The position numbers were made by a program, and so were the translations under genes. 64,000 nucleotides of DNA, from NCBI GenBank assembly GCA_003971905.1, contig RSEE01000007.1, positions 558,001 through 622,000 of the forward strand, written 5' to 3'. Within the stretch, counting starts at the first letter, position 1; the number at the start of each line of letters is the position of its first letter. This DNA is from Moniliella sp. 'wahieum'. Taxonomy: Eukaryota. A model generated the notes under the pieces. The model saw only the letters and a list, made by a program, of their open reading frames with translations, was not told where the DNA came from and made no database searches. Of this stretch, positions 13,592 through 25,215 are shown piece after piece.

Positions 13592-15070
13592 GCTGGACGG
13601 ACGATCGAGGCGGGAAAGCAAGGGTGGTGGAGAGGAGACGCGGAGACAACGCGAAGGTCGGGTGGGCCCGGCTGCGTCCAGGCCGGGGACCATTTGTAAC
13701 ATCGGGGCGGCCGCACAGCGTCAGTGTCCCCCATTCTTGCAACTTGCAACCTGGCCTTTGCGATGGCACGCACATAGTTGTACTTGTTGTACATGGCAGA
13801 CGCAGGCTTGGGCCCACCATCACCAACACAGACTTGCCCCATCGTGCCCCCATCTGCATCACCAGCCACGGCGCCATGCACAATCAGCGCCCTCCGCGCA
13901 ACCTCTGCGCATCCCAAGACCGGAGGATGTTGGCACGAGAACTATACGTTACCAAACCGGACTCCCTTCCAGTCCAGAGAAAGCAAAGCCGGGGCACATC
14001 CATCTCTACTAATGCCAGGCAGCAACTCCCGCGTTGAACGAGCACTGCCGATAGGGAGAACAACCACGAGATCCAGCAGCTACATAACACTCTCCCCATT
14101 TTCGGTCTGCAGTCCATCATCAGTAACGCTCGAGTCAGTGATGGTGGTCGACCAAACGGGGGCAGGAGAGGCATTCTGACTGTCAGCATGCCCAACTTGC
14201 AGCGTTGGGGTCAAACATGCTTCGACAGGCTATGGATTGAATTGCAACGCCTGATCATTAGAAGTGGTGCAATCCTTGAAAAGACTTGGCAAAAACTCAC
14301 GATACAAAAGCATGCTCCTGTAATACACGACCCCAAAGTATCGCGGGTGAATCTCCCTCTCGGCCCCTTCTATGTGATCGAAACCAATAATTTGTATGGC
14401 GTTTTCTTTGCTCCTTTTGTCAGCATGTCTGTCAGATGATCCTGCCCGAATCTTGACCTGACCAAATAGGATGTGGACGAGAGTGTGGGCATTGGCCTGG
14501 TATAGGGAAGGCGCTCAGATTTCAGGCTCAAATTTTGGTTTCTCTTCGGCCTCAACATCAACAAGGAGACCAAAGATCAAACCCACCTCGAACCAATAGG
14601 TAGGAAGGGGAAGGCCAGACGCTCGTCGCTAAAACAGGAATAAGGCTGGTGGAATAGGGCGTGCATGGCGGGTTCATTACAATCAGCACGTCGTAGACAA
14701 GAGGGTACAAACATAGCGGGGCGTGGGAGGGCAGCATGTGGTATGAGCATGTGCTGATGAGCGCAATCAACATGTGGTAGGGTCAAGTAAGAGGAGGGAG
14801 AGGGAATAGGTGTGGGTGGGTAAGGTCAAGGAGCACACAACACAGGGAACGGCAGGGAACAGCAGGGAGATGATCGATCTGAGGAGTGTGAGAAAAGGTT
14901 GGATTCAGGAAACGGATAGGGGGCCGATAGCGAATCATGTGATGTAAAGACTCCTCGATCAGATCATGGCAGGGTGATGGAACGCGAACGCAGAACAGCG
15001 CACAGCACTGTTTCTGATAGACAAATCTTCGATGTAGTAAAGGGTTCCGAACGTTGAGTGAGGTAGGGTA

Positions 15071-16780
15071 TTAGAACACGGGAGTGCCACGCGACGCCTT
15101 GCTTGCCGACAACCAAGCTGCATAATTCCACGTAAGCTCGCGTGCTCCCACATTCTTGCCCGTGTGGCGGTCGATTTGTTCCGACATGGAGCCGTTGGGG
15201 TAGGCATAAATCTGAACCAAGTCCCGCATGCCAGATGCCAAGTCGCGCATGCCTGCGGTAACCAAGGCAAAGGAGCTTGTGTGTTGGTGAGCGCGCCCCA
15301 ATCCAAGGCGTGGAACCCATTGAGAGAAAAAGGGTTGCGTGGCCGCAGTAACGTCGAGATAGTGGCATGGTCAAAGACGGTTGCCGCATTGTCCAGTACC
15401 TCGGCAGTGGCAAGGTGCACATGTACCATGGATTGCCACCTGTGCGTTCAAATCCAGCATAGTCATCCTCAGGGTAACGGCCAGTCAGAATCGCATGCGG
15501 TGCGGGCTTGTTCTGATTCAAGGGGTACAACGAGCGGAATGTGGAGAGGTATTGGTCCACCGTCGCAAGCATGCGCTGCGTCGCCGGTCCAAATTGCGTC
15601 TCGTCCAAACTTGACTCCACTGACGATTGGTTCCATCCATGGAGAGAGCCCAAGAGTAGAGCAGTCAACTCCAGACCTCCAGGGGACATGGTAGGCTTGA
15701 ACGCGCTGTGCTTTTTCCCAAAATCCTTGAAGTGTCTCAAGAACGTGGGCACCTTGGGTGCGGTAGAAGTTGGCTGCGGCATGGTCACCCAACTCATCAG
15801 CAAGGTCTGCGCCCTCCATAAGAGCACGCCGCTGCACAGAGAGGGTAAAAAGTGGCGCTCATTCAGCTCTTCCCACACTTAGAAGCCAACAAGGAGTCAG
15901 CGCCACAGTCGCAAACCAAGCAAAAAAGAAGTGCAACATACGATCAAATGTGGGCATCCACCAGTGATGCGCCACATATTCGAGGTCATTCTTGATGAGA
16001 GAGGATCCATCGAGGTTGGGGTGGTACAATAGATCTTTAGTGAACGAGTCGTTCAGGCCAATTTGACGCGCAAATTGGATGAGAGCGGTGGCGCGGAGTG
16101 CGGGTCCATCGGTCTGGGGGCGACCCCAAGGGCCCATGTAAACGCTTCCGTCGTTGACGTAGAATTTGGGCTCTCCTTGGCCGGCAGGCGCAGAAGCAGC
16201 GTTGCTCTGGTGAATCATCTCAGACCGAGCCCAGTTTTCAAGAAGAGTACGCAACGGGACAGCCAACGGGCCGGTTGGAGCCTGTGGGGTTGGAAGACAT
16301 GCTGCTCAATTGCGGCGTGAGGATGGGTAGCTGACCCGACCTGTTCGTCTCCATGCCGGTCCACAAGGATCTTGGCCACAAGAGCAGCGTCACGGGTCCA
16401 CGTGTAGAAGTAATCAGGCGCCTGTTTGGAAGGGGAGGCTACCACAGCTCTGTTCACATGCAGCACGTTAATTGGAGTCTTTGCGGAAAGACTGCGGAGA
16501 GGTTAGAGAAGAACGTACCCAGCCAGAGCACCTTCCACGTTTGTCTCTGCGCCAGCACCGCCGATGTTGGCCACGAGCTGCGGGGGGGAAGAGAGGAGGT
16601 GAGTGGGAGAGAGGAGGTGAGTCTGGGTACCTAAAGGGGGGGCTGGGAACGTACGCCAGCAAAGGCTGTTTCGTCGGTGACGCGGGTGGGAGGGTGGGAG
16701 CGGGAGGCGGGCCGAGGGACAGCGGCGGGAGCAGCAGTGCCAAGACAGGCAAGGAGGGCGGTGAGGAGGCTGAGGCGCAT
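15071..16780 (-). CDS. Secreted glucoamylase (GH15), no obvious starch-binding domain
   Basis: Signal peptide MRLSLLTALLACLGTA; VVASPS..PDYFYTWTRDAAL, GEPKFYV, WGRPQTDGPALRA, IKNDLEYV, WEE, GRYPEDDY, GGNPW, GSMSEQIDR.TG, LTWNYAA. At least two introns plus frameshifts. Confidence 0.93.
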
Positions 16781-18246
16781 GGCAGAGGGGATGGCGGAGG
16801 GGGGACAAAGAGGGGGGCGCGGGCGCGTCAGGGGCTCCTTTTTGAGCTTGGAGCTCCGGCCGAGTGCTGCGGCGCGACAGGATGGGGCGCGCCGCAGTGC
16901 AGCCTGCAGCCTGCAGCCGGAGAGACAGAGGCGGGTGGACTCACACACACACACACACTGGCCCCGGGGCAGGGCCGTCCGCCGCGACGATGGGGCGGCA
17001 GAGGGCAAGAGAAGGTGGCATGCTGCATGCCGAGTGACCGGTGACGCGTGACGCATGACGCAGCGGCCTTGCAGGGGTGGCACGGGGAGTGTGTGAAAGT
17101 GCCGATCGGTCGCGACGGAGGAAAACAAAAATAGGACTGCGGGGTCACCTGCCCGGGGGCCCTGTATTCCGGGGAAGTGTGTGCCTGCGCCGCTGCGCGC
17201 CTGCACTGCATCACTCCGCACATAGAGTACAGCGCTGCGATATCCGGGGTAGACTCGCGCGGTGCTGCAAGCCACAAGGCTTACCCCCGCTCCTGGCCGT
17301 GTGGGGGCAGCGCAGCGCCAGTCTCTCAGGCTGGGTGACGTAGACAGACGGCTGGGAGGCTCGGGAAGAGCCTGGCGGACCACACGAGTGCGCGGCGGCT
17401 GCGGCGGCGCGTTGACTCATCCGTCGCGCCCGCACCAGCCCGCAGTGGCTGGCCAGTCCTGCGTGTGTGCTGCTGAGCCTGCGCGGCCTGCGCGGCGCCA
17501 CTGCAGCCCCACATGTGGCAGATGCGCGCTGCGATGCATGTCAGATGCGTCACATGCACGTCACACGTCACAGTCAGCCTGAGCGATCGAGGCGGGCGAG
17601 CCGAGCGAGGCAGGGCGCGCTGCTGTGCCTGCGCATACCATATCCGCGCTGTCGTATGGCATCATCGATCCTCGCTTCTCCGTCCATCTGCCGCTCGGGG
17701 GTTTTCGATCGAGGCTAGCGCCGACGGGCCCCTGTCGGGCGTCTCTTCATTCTATCATTCGTCACTCCGTTCGACACAGCATATTCAACCCGCCATGCCC
17801 TCTCGGCGAAAAGTCATCTGTATGATCATGTGGCTGCCCTCTCTCATTTGCATACGCCACATTTTTTTCTTCTTTTCCGTGACGACATGCGGATTCTGAC
17901 CCATCGTCCACATCTCTTTTACACTCACCTGTAGTCGCTGGCCATCTTCCCTCTCCATCCTCGGGGAGGAATATGTCATGCCGTGCACCTCATCTTTGGA
18001 AGGTGAAGAGATGCCCGGCCCACACTAACCACACTCTCCCAATGCCTCAGGTTTCCTCCCCCACGGAGGTAGAGCCACAGTGCCCCCCCCCCCATCATCG
18101 CTTCGCCCAACTTTTGTTGAACTGCCACAGCCGGGCTTCCTTCTTGGCCGCCCGCATGTTAGTAGGCGCGACGAATGATACACTATGTGGTACCTGAATC
18201 AGATCACTCAAACAGACAGACGGGCTTTGTGGACATATGCAAATAG

Positions 18247-21200
18247 CTAAGGCGAAGCAGAGGGAGGCAGTCGCACTTTGCGCAGCTCCACCAAGCCCAC
18301 AACATACCCGGCCTTCGCAGTCCGATGGCCGTCGTGTTGTTCGGCATTGCGCACGCCCTGGGCACGGGCGGGGGATCGTTCGTAGCCGATCGCATGGGCG
18401 CCCAAGTGGCCATCGCTCTCAGGAGAAATGTATTGGAAAGTGACCGGGTTTTGCGTCCGTTTGGCAGGCTGGTTGGAAGAGGGCGTGGTGCGTCCCATGT
18501 CGGCCGGAGGCAGAGCGAGCAACGTCTTTTCCAATGTCCATTCTTGCCTTCCTTTGGGCACCTTCATCCCTGCCCTGTCGCCCTTTTCATACTGCGGCCC
18601 ACCTCCCGCTTGGGTCAGTCCAAAGTCGGTAATGAGCCGGTCGAGCATAGTGTGCTGAGCCGTCATCATTACCGCTCGTCCACCCGGTTTGAGCACCGTC
18701 AACAGCGATGGCAGCAACGCGCGGTAAAACCGCCGAAGCTGGGCCGCGGTCATCACCTTCTGGCCCCATGGCAGGTCCGTCACCACTGCATCGGCTTGGG
18801 CTAGTTCGGCAGTTAGACCATCTGGGAGCACGGGGTCCCTGTACTTGGTATGATCCTGGCGACCGTCGTGGTGCCGCGGGGGCGCGAGTGGGGGCGGCAA
18901 AGACTCAGGGTTCTTTATCTTTGCTTGCCTTGCATGACCCACGGCATTCGGTACCTCCTCCCCTGCTAGCCAGCGTCCGAGCGGCCCAGGCTCGGCCGCA
19001 TCCAACAGATGAGTATACGTTTTGATTCCAGGTACAGAGGGCTCGGTGCGGCGGAGAAGCTCCCCAGTTCTCCAAACCGAGTCGGGGTCAATATCGCTCG
19101 CGAAGATCGACACGTTTTCTCCTCCCAATCTCATTGAGGCACTGGCGCAGCTCGGCCGGAATCCGGCCCATCCCGTACACGGTTCCAGGATCTTGGTCTC
19201 CTCGGGGGAGGGAGGAGAGGACGGACAGCGCAGCCAGGAGATAGGCGCGATCGGGACGCAGCAGCGTACCTCCCGCAAATAAGTCATGTTCCAGTTCAGG
19301 CCGCGCCGGCATGGAAGGAGGCGGAGGCAATTCCAACTGATGAACACGGCGCCGTTCGGTGGATCGGTAGCTGAATCGTTCATTGGCTCGGAAGCCATTC
19401 GGCGCAACGTCTCACCTCTTCTGGTGACCAGGTCGTGGGGGCACGAGAGAAGAGGCGCCCGACCAACCAATTGGGAACCAAGCGCACATGCACCACCAGT
19501 TCGGGCGTGGTGAGCTGCACAGGCCACGTCACAGCTGGGTCGCCCGGGTTGACCCCCTCGTTGAGCCACTTCCAAACCGTGTCCCCTAAAAAGGGGTTGA
19601 CCTTGGGGGTCTGGAGAGTAGGCAGCAAGTAGCCTCCGCGATTAAAGGAGACCTTGAACGAAGTGCCATGACCATTGTTGGCCTGAGGGCAAGGCCCTTG
19701 TCGACCATGTTCGGACCGGACTTTGCCCCACGTTTGCAGTGCCAGATCCCTTTGTTGCAGTGTCTCGGGAGAGTCCCATGCAGCTCGTAGCAACTGCACC
19801 ATGGCCCCCTCGGAGGGCGGAAGATCACGCAAGTCTTCCTAGGTGCTGGTCATCCTTCGCTTGTGGTGGGGCCAAGAGAGTATTCCTCTTCCCCTGTGCA
19901 TCAAGCTGCTTGTCATGGGGATCCAGTCGACCCACCTCGTGTCGTCCACCAACAATGTCCATCAGGGTAGGGGTGGCTTTATTCTTGTAGCCGCGTTTGG
20001 ACCGCTTGGCTTGCTCGCTAGTCCGTCCCAACGCTAGGCGCTCCGACATAAGTCGACGCGCTACCGCCAAGGGAAAGTCCGTTTCGCTCAGAACCAAGTG
20101 GGCACTTTGGGCGGACCGGATCCGTCCGTCCATCCAAGCGCGAAGGAGAAGCGTGGCTGCCGGCCCTGGTGGCACAGCAACCTGGCCCGAATGAAGGAAC
20201 GCTAACGTCGTCTCATCCTCTGCAACCTCTTTCTTGTACAGCTGGCTGTAGAGACGCAGCACCCGCCGCAAATCGTGCTCGGCCACCTCCAATCCAGGGA
20301 ACACGTCAAATGTAAGGGCTGTCGAGCACGGTATCAAGTGAGGCTGTTCTTCAGTACTCTCGGCAAGGACCAACGGGTTCTGAACCAAGCGGGTGTACCC
20401 AGGCTCCAACTGGAGCTGGGAAAGGTGCCCCAGTTCTTGGCATTCCAGTTCCGTCAACCCATCAGCGGAAAGCGGGTCCAAGTACGTATCAGTTCCCCGC
20501 TGGGGAGAGTCTGTTCGCCTCGCGGGAGTTCCAAGGTGCAGAGGAGGAGCGGAGCGGGCTTCTGGGGGAACCTGAAAAATAGTGGAGGTATCCTTGCCTA
20601 GTTGCTTGGCTTTAAGCCGAGCCGCACGCGCGGCCGTCATTCGCGCATGCCAATCGTCCTGCGCCCACCAGGTAGCTCGTCTTGGTACGACCACGAGTCT
20701 GACTCGTAATGGTATGCATGCAAGAAAATGAAAAGCGACTCAGGGTCCGGGTCAGGTAAGAGTGGAGTATAGCACTCGGAGCAAATCCCCTGGATCTTCT
20801 CGTTGCGGATCTGGTCCATGAATCGGCTACTCTCCAGCGAAAAGCCTAACTTGGACAAAATCTGTTCGCGCGTACCAATCGTGCCGGTGAGTGCAGCGGC
20901 TTGGGCATTGGCGCCCGGAAGTTAGCCGGGAGGGGGTACCCGTCATGCTCCAAAGTGAGGAAAACAGCGCCTCGTCTTTCCAACGAGCCTCATCGTCCTC
21001 CAAGTCGCGATGCCTCTTAAGAGTCGCAATTACCTTGTCCACCGCAGCACTGCCTGTGGACCCAGTCCCACCTGCAAGGGCGGTAAGCGACAAATCAACA
21101 GCTTCAGACGCCATGGAGGTGGCAGGAAAGAGGCCCAAATGTCGTGCCCGTAGAGTGGGTCATTGGCAATCGGGTGACCGAGGTACTGACAATGTACCCG

Positions 21201-22135
21201 AATCTGGTGCGTGCGCCCAGTGACCGGCTGTGCTTTGACAATCGAGGTGTCCGTCTCGGAATGGTAGGATATCCGCTCCAGGATCGTCTCGCACGGTCGG
21301 CCGAGGGGGTGAACATGTTGACGCCCGATTGAGCATCACGGGTAAGATAGGCTGTGGCAAACGAGGGGGCCGTCGGGGAATCTTCCGCGAACACGAGCCA
21401 AGTAGAACTTGCGTATCTGCCGGAACGGAACTGTTCACTAAGCTCGCGGGCCGCCGAGGGGGTGAGAGGACCATGACACCCGAGGTGAGGCGGTCGAGGC
21501 GGTTAGAAGTATAGATCTTGGGCAGTCCCGTTTGATGCCGCAGCATTTCAAGCAGGGTGTTGTGCTGGTACCGGCCGGCGGTGTGGACGGGAATAGAGCC
21601 CGGTTTGACGACCACCAGACGGCCCTGTTGGTCGTCACGATGGAGGATGCGGATGGGCTCAGCAGTGACGGGAGGCTCATGAATATGCGCTTTGTTGACC
21701 ACAACATCAGTCATGCGGAACACATGTCGCGGAGTAGCACGGGCACCGTTGACAGTGCACAGGCCTTGGTGCATGGCCCAGAGGTAGTACTCCTTGGTGC
21801 GGTCGCGGAACTCGTTGGTGTAGACCTCGAGCAACTCACGGCCTACCCAGCGGCGCTTGGTACTAGTTGTATAGTCCCACCAGTAGGGCGTCACCTTACG
21901 CAGCTGAAGACCCAGCAGCTGCGGGTCGGGGACGGATGGGTGGCGAGGGACGATGCCGAGGACATGGCAGCGGGGGTGCGGTGGAGGCCCCGGCAGGTGT
22001 GCAGGCAGCGGCGGTAGGTGGTGGTGGTGGTGGGGCGGCGGCGGCGGCGTGGGCAGGAGGAGGGCTATGTGGGGATGGAAGAGGAGACAAGAGGCAACAA
22101 CTGAGTGGAGGCTGCCGCAGCCGCACGGCCCTCAT
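18247..22135 (-). CDS. Putative bifunctional RNA-modification enzyme: RluA/RPUSD2(Rib2/Pus9)-type pseudouridine synthase fused to a THUMP-domain m2G methyltransferase
   Basis: N-half: [42 protein letters not shown] (catalytic Asp), [42 protein letters not shown]-half: [36 protein letters not shown] (THUMP-like), [47 protein letters not shown]. Start at 22135 or 21965. Domain identities are secure; continuity requires correcting several 1-nt indels. Confidence 0.8.
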
Positions 22136-22626
22136 CAGCCCAGCAGAGGTGGTTGCCGTCGATCTTCTTGCGTCCTTGGCCGTTTCTACCCGCCGGAGCG
22201 GCCAGCCCTGATTTATTTTTCGGCCAGCCACAACGGGAGACGCGGAATCGCCGCGCGCTGGCGCAGTGCGGCTCGCAGCGGAACTATCCTTTCTACCAAC
22301 AGCGCAAAAATATATTACCACTCCCTTCGCTTTTGATCTTATTCCGTTTCGATCCATCATTGCGTGTGACTAATGTGCGCACCGGAGAGGGGAAAGGGCA
22401 CAAAAGTGCAGGATCTGCTCGGAGCATAAGAGATTAGTTGCGTCATTTGCATCTACACGTGGGAAACAGACTGACATATCAGTTGTCATCCCTCTCTCGC
22501 CGTACAAAAAAGTTTCTCTTCATCCCCACACACGATCCAACCTCTGCTCTCCGAGCATCTCCTCTGCGAGGGCTGTACAAAGCGGAACAAGACACTGGAG
22601 AAGATCGAACAAAAAGAGAAGACGGC

Positions 22627-22971
22627 TTAAATCATCCGCCCGTAATCATCATAGTGCCCATCGCGAACGCCCTCGTCATCCTCGTCAAGGTAAAGCTGGT
22701 GCCAGTTGTTCCAATGCTCCGACGGCCCGGTCATGCCCCCCTCAGAATTGACCAATTGGCGGCGACAGTTGTTGATGACTTGGTCCAGCTCCGACGCTTG
22801 GGATGGGGCAAGGAAGGGGGCACAAGCTTCTTGGAACTCGGGATCCTTCGTTAGTTGGGCGCGGATCTCATTCACCTCGGCCTCCGTGGGGCGGAGCCAG
22901 GTGCGGCGAATGACGGTGAAGGTGGCCTCCTCGAGGGCGCGGGTGGCTGAAGCGTTATTGGGGATGGCCAT
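22627..22971 (-). CDS. Small hypothetical protein (114 aa)
   Basis: Intact ORF with good start context (cacaccaccATGG), codon usage like neighbouring genes, helical/acidic composition. No family recognised. Confidence 0.55.
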   Translation of the reverse strand: MAIPNNASATRALEEATFTVIRRTWLRPTEAEVNEIRAQLTKDPEFQEACAPFLAPSQASELDQVINNCRRQLVNSEGGMTGPSEHWNNWHQLYLDEDDEGVRDGHYDDYGRMI

Positions 22972-23744
22972 GGTGGTGTGAAAAGATGGATTGTTGAGCT
23001 CGATGGGGCAGCTGAGCAGGGGGGGGGTGCGAAGATGGGGGAGATGGGGGTAGGGACGATATAGCGTCTGACGGGGTGGTGGACGGAGGTGGTAGAAAAG
23101 GGATTGCGGATGGGAGATGGGTCGCAGCGGTGGGCAATCCCTCCACTGCTCCGCTTTGTGCCAAGTCGCGGTCGGCTACTACGTATGTTTCCTCTCTAGA
23201 GGCGTTCGAAATGCCCAGCACGGCAGCCAACCCACGCGGCGGGACCCGGCACCGCCCCATTTGGGTGGGGAAAAAGACGGGGTATGCGTCACACACTGCC
23301 CGTCTGCCTGCGGCGTTAGCTGCGGCTGCCGGTAGACAATTAATGGGGCCCCGCACAGTGCGATGCGTACCTTGCGTGCCCTGTTGCGTACCTGACAAAG
23401 AAGCGGCTCGTGCGCTTCCGCCCAACGCCCCCAGACTCCCACCTGCGGGCGCATCAGGAAATGAATTCCCCCCGGCTCCGGTCCTGGTCGCTGGTGCGAC
23501 GGTCGGATCCGCAGGGCACAGGTAGTATACGCCACTCAAGACCACACATCCTACCCCCCCCGCCCCCAGCGCCGCCGCCTTATTCTCATGGCGTATAGTT
23601 GGGTGGGTATACCAAGGACGACGACAACGCCCTTACCAATATCCGTGGCAATCGGTAAACCTCACTGTCGCGGAGGAAGCCCTCTTGTGCACAGCAGTAC
23701 TATAGCAGCCACACTAATAGCCTCTCTCCGATGCGCACCGCGTC

Positions 23745-24590
23745 AGATCTGAGATGGTCTGAGATCTGATCCGAGCTAAGACTCTTTGCTCTACTACCCA
23801 TGCCCAGGAGAGCGCTCTCCCAAGTCCACAATCAAGTGTGACCCTTGTTGGTCACCCCATGTGTAGGACGGCCCGAATGGCCAACACGCATCCGCGCGAC
23901 AATAGTCGACCCCTGTGTGTTCAACTTAAAGTTTGGGTGGTTACAATGAAGAGTATAAGCTGTGTCCACCACAAGTCGTCAGCATCCTGTCCTGGTTTGC
24001 CTTGATCGTGATCGATTATCTTCTTCCGTTGCGCATATATGACAACCAGCCCCTGTTTCTGTCTTCCTTTCTACCGCCCTACTGCGTCCGTTTTCCTTTT
24101 AGATTTGGCCTGTACCCCTGGTTGGGGAGGGGATGTTTCCTCAGGCCTCTCACCTTCCATTTTCGTCCCCTTCTGCATCCTGTTCACCACCTGACTACCA
24201 ATTTCAGCCAATTGTCGGATCCAGTACAGACAACCTCTTCTCCACTTCGTTGCTCTCCTCGTCATCCGTTCTCGCTTTATCATCTCGCGTCCTCCCGTTC
24301 TCAACAGCTTTCCATCGCTCAACTCGCGTGATCCTTCCTTTGGTCACGTCGAGTTATTCAGTCCCGTGGGTTCTCTTTTGCAGCCACGCCAAATCCCGTC
24401 CCTGTCCAGTCCCACCAACTCTCTGGCAGTGTTGTCTTCCGCTGCCTCTCCCGTCGCTAAGTTTCCACGGAGACTTCAGACACAATCCTACAACTCGATC
24501 CCTGCAGACACAGCCTTGCCATTGCACCTGCAGCTGCCTCTGCCATACACTGCAAGGGAATTCTTTACGACGTTGTCCCTAGCTGGGCTC
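23745..24590 (+). mobile_element. Degenerate/truncated LTR-like repeat, copy 1
   Basis: Collinear blocks shared with 44960-45818: gatcc(g/a)agctaag, caagtgtga, gcatccgcgcgacaatagtcg, tgtcttcctttctac, tgtacc(c/t)ctggttg, caccttccatt, cttcagaca, tgcagac(a/g)cagccttgcca, gtccctagct. Confidence 0.7.
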
Positions 24591-24650
24591 TCAAGATGTA
24601 AGCGAAAGGTCTGCAATATGAATATACTGTCATTTTGCCGAAGGAACAAA

Positions 24651-24721
24651 GGGCGGATAGCTCAGGGGTAGAGCGCTTGCTTAGCATGCATGAGGTCCGG
24701 GGTTCAATTCCTGTTCGTCCA
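24651..24721 (+). tRNA. tRNA-Ala (anticodon AGC)
   Basis: GGGCGGA/TTCGTCC acceptor stem with G3:U70, D arm GCTC/GAGC, anticodon loop TTAGCAT, GGTTCAATTCC B box. The 3' strand of the T stem is one base short (likely homopolymer error) and the anticodon stem has one mismatch. Confidence 0.88.
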
Positions 24722-24722
24722 A

Positions 24723-24728
24723 TTTTTT
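24723..24728 (+). terminator. Pol III oligo-T terminator of tRNA-Ala
   Basis: T6 run immediately after the tRNA 3' end. Confidence 0.7.
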
Positions 24729-25215
24729 CCCCACTGTACTCGCAACCTCCGCCCATGTAGCTCGAGCTCGCTGGGCCACTTCTTTTTCTAGTACCGATGA
24801 CAGTTGTTACTCCCTCGTCCTGACACCTGCAAGGGGATCGGTTTTGGTGGAGAAGGCAGGCACACATCATGCATCATCATGTCAACTCGTCTGGGCGGTC
24901 GCTCCATTGGCGCGGGCTCGAACCCGGGATCTTGTCACATTGTTTCCTGTCCATGTCACCCAGGGCGGGGTTCTACGTTATAGGACAGCGTCGCCTCGTC
25001 CTACGTGCGCGTGGTCAAGAATGGGCGCACAAACAGCTTAAGCAGGAAGGTGAGAAGGAGCACAAAGATGGGGGATACAGGCAAGAAAATATGTACCATG
25101 GTGCAAGTCCTACGTCGCCCCGGGGGGTAACCGGTAATGTGTGAGTACAGAAAGGCAAAGGGGGGGGGCTTACTTTCTTCTCACTGGGGTGAGAGACAGG
25201 TGGACAATGAACGAC

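Noticed and set aside
14340..14573. ORF fragment VRSRFGQDHLTDMLTKG followed by a purine tract, faintly like the end of a copia RNase H plus PPT
   Set aside because: No other RT/RNase H motifs or LTR nearby; the similarity is too short.
18247..24721. Functional linkage between the tRNA-Ala gene and the nearby tRNA-modifying gene
   Set aside because: Proximity alone is uninformative in a eukaryote with dispersed tRNA genes.
24905..24935. B-box/T-arm-like GATCCCGGGTTCGAGCCCG on the minus strand near the tRNA
   Set aside because: No A box, acceptor stem or cloverleaf can be built, so it cannot be supported as a tRNA or SINE.
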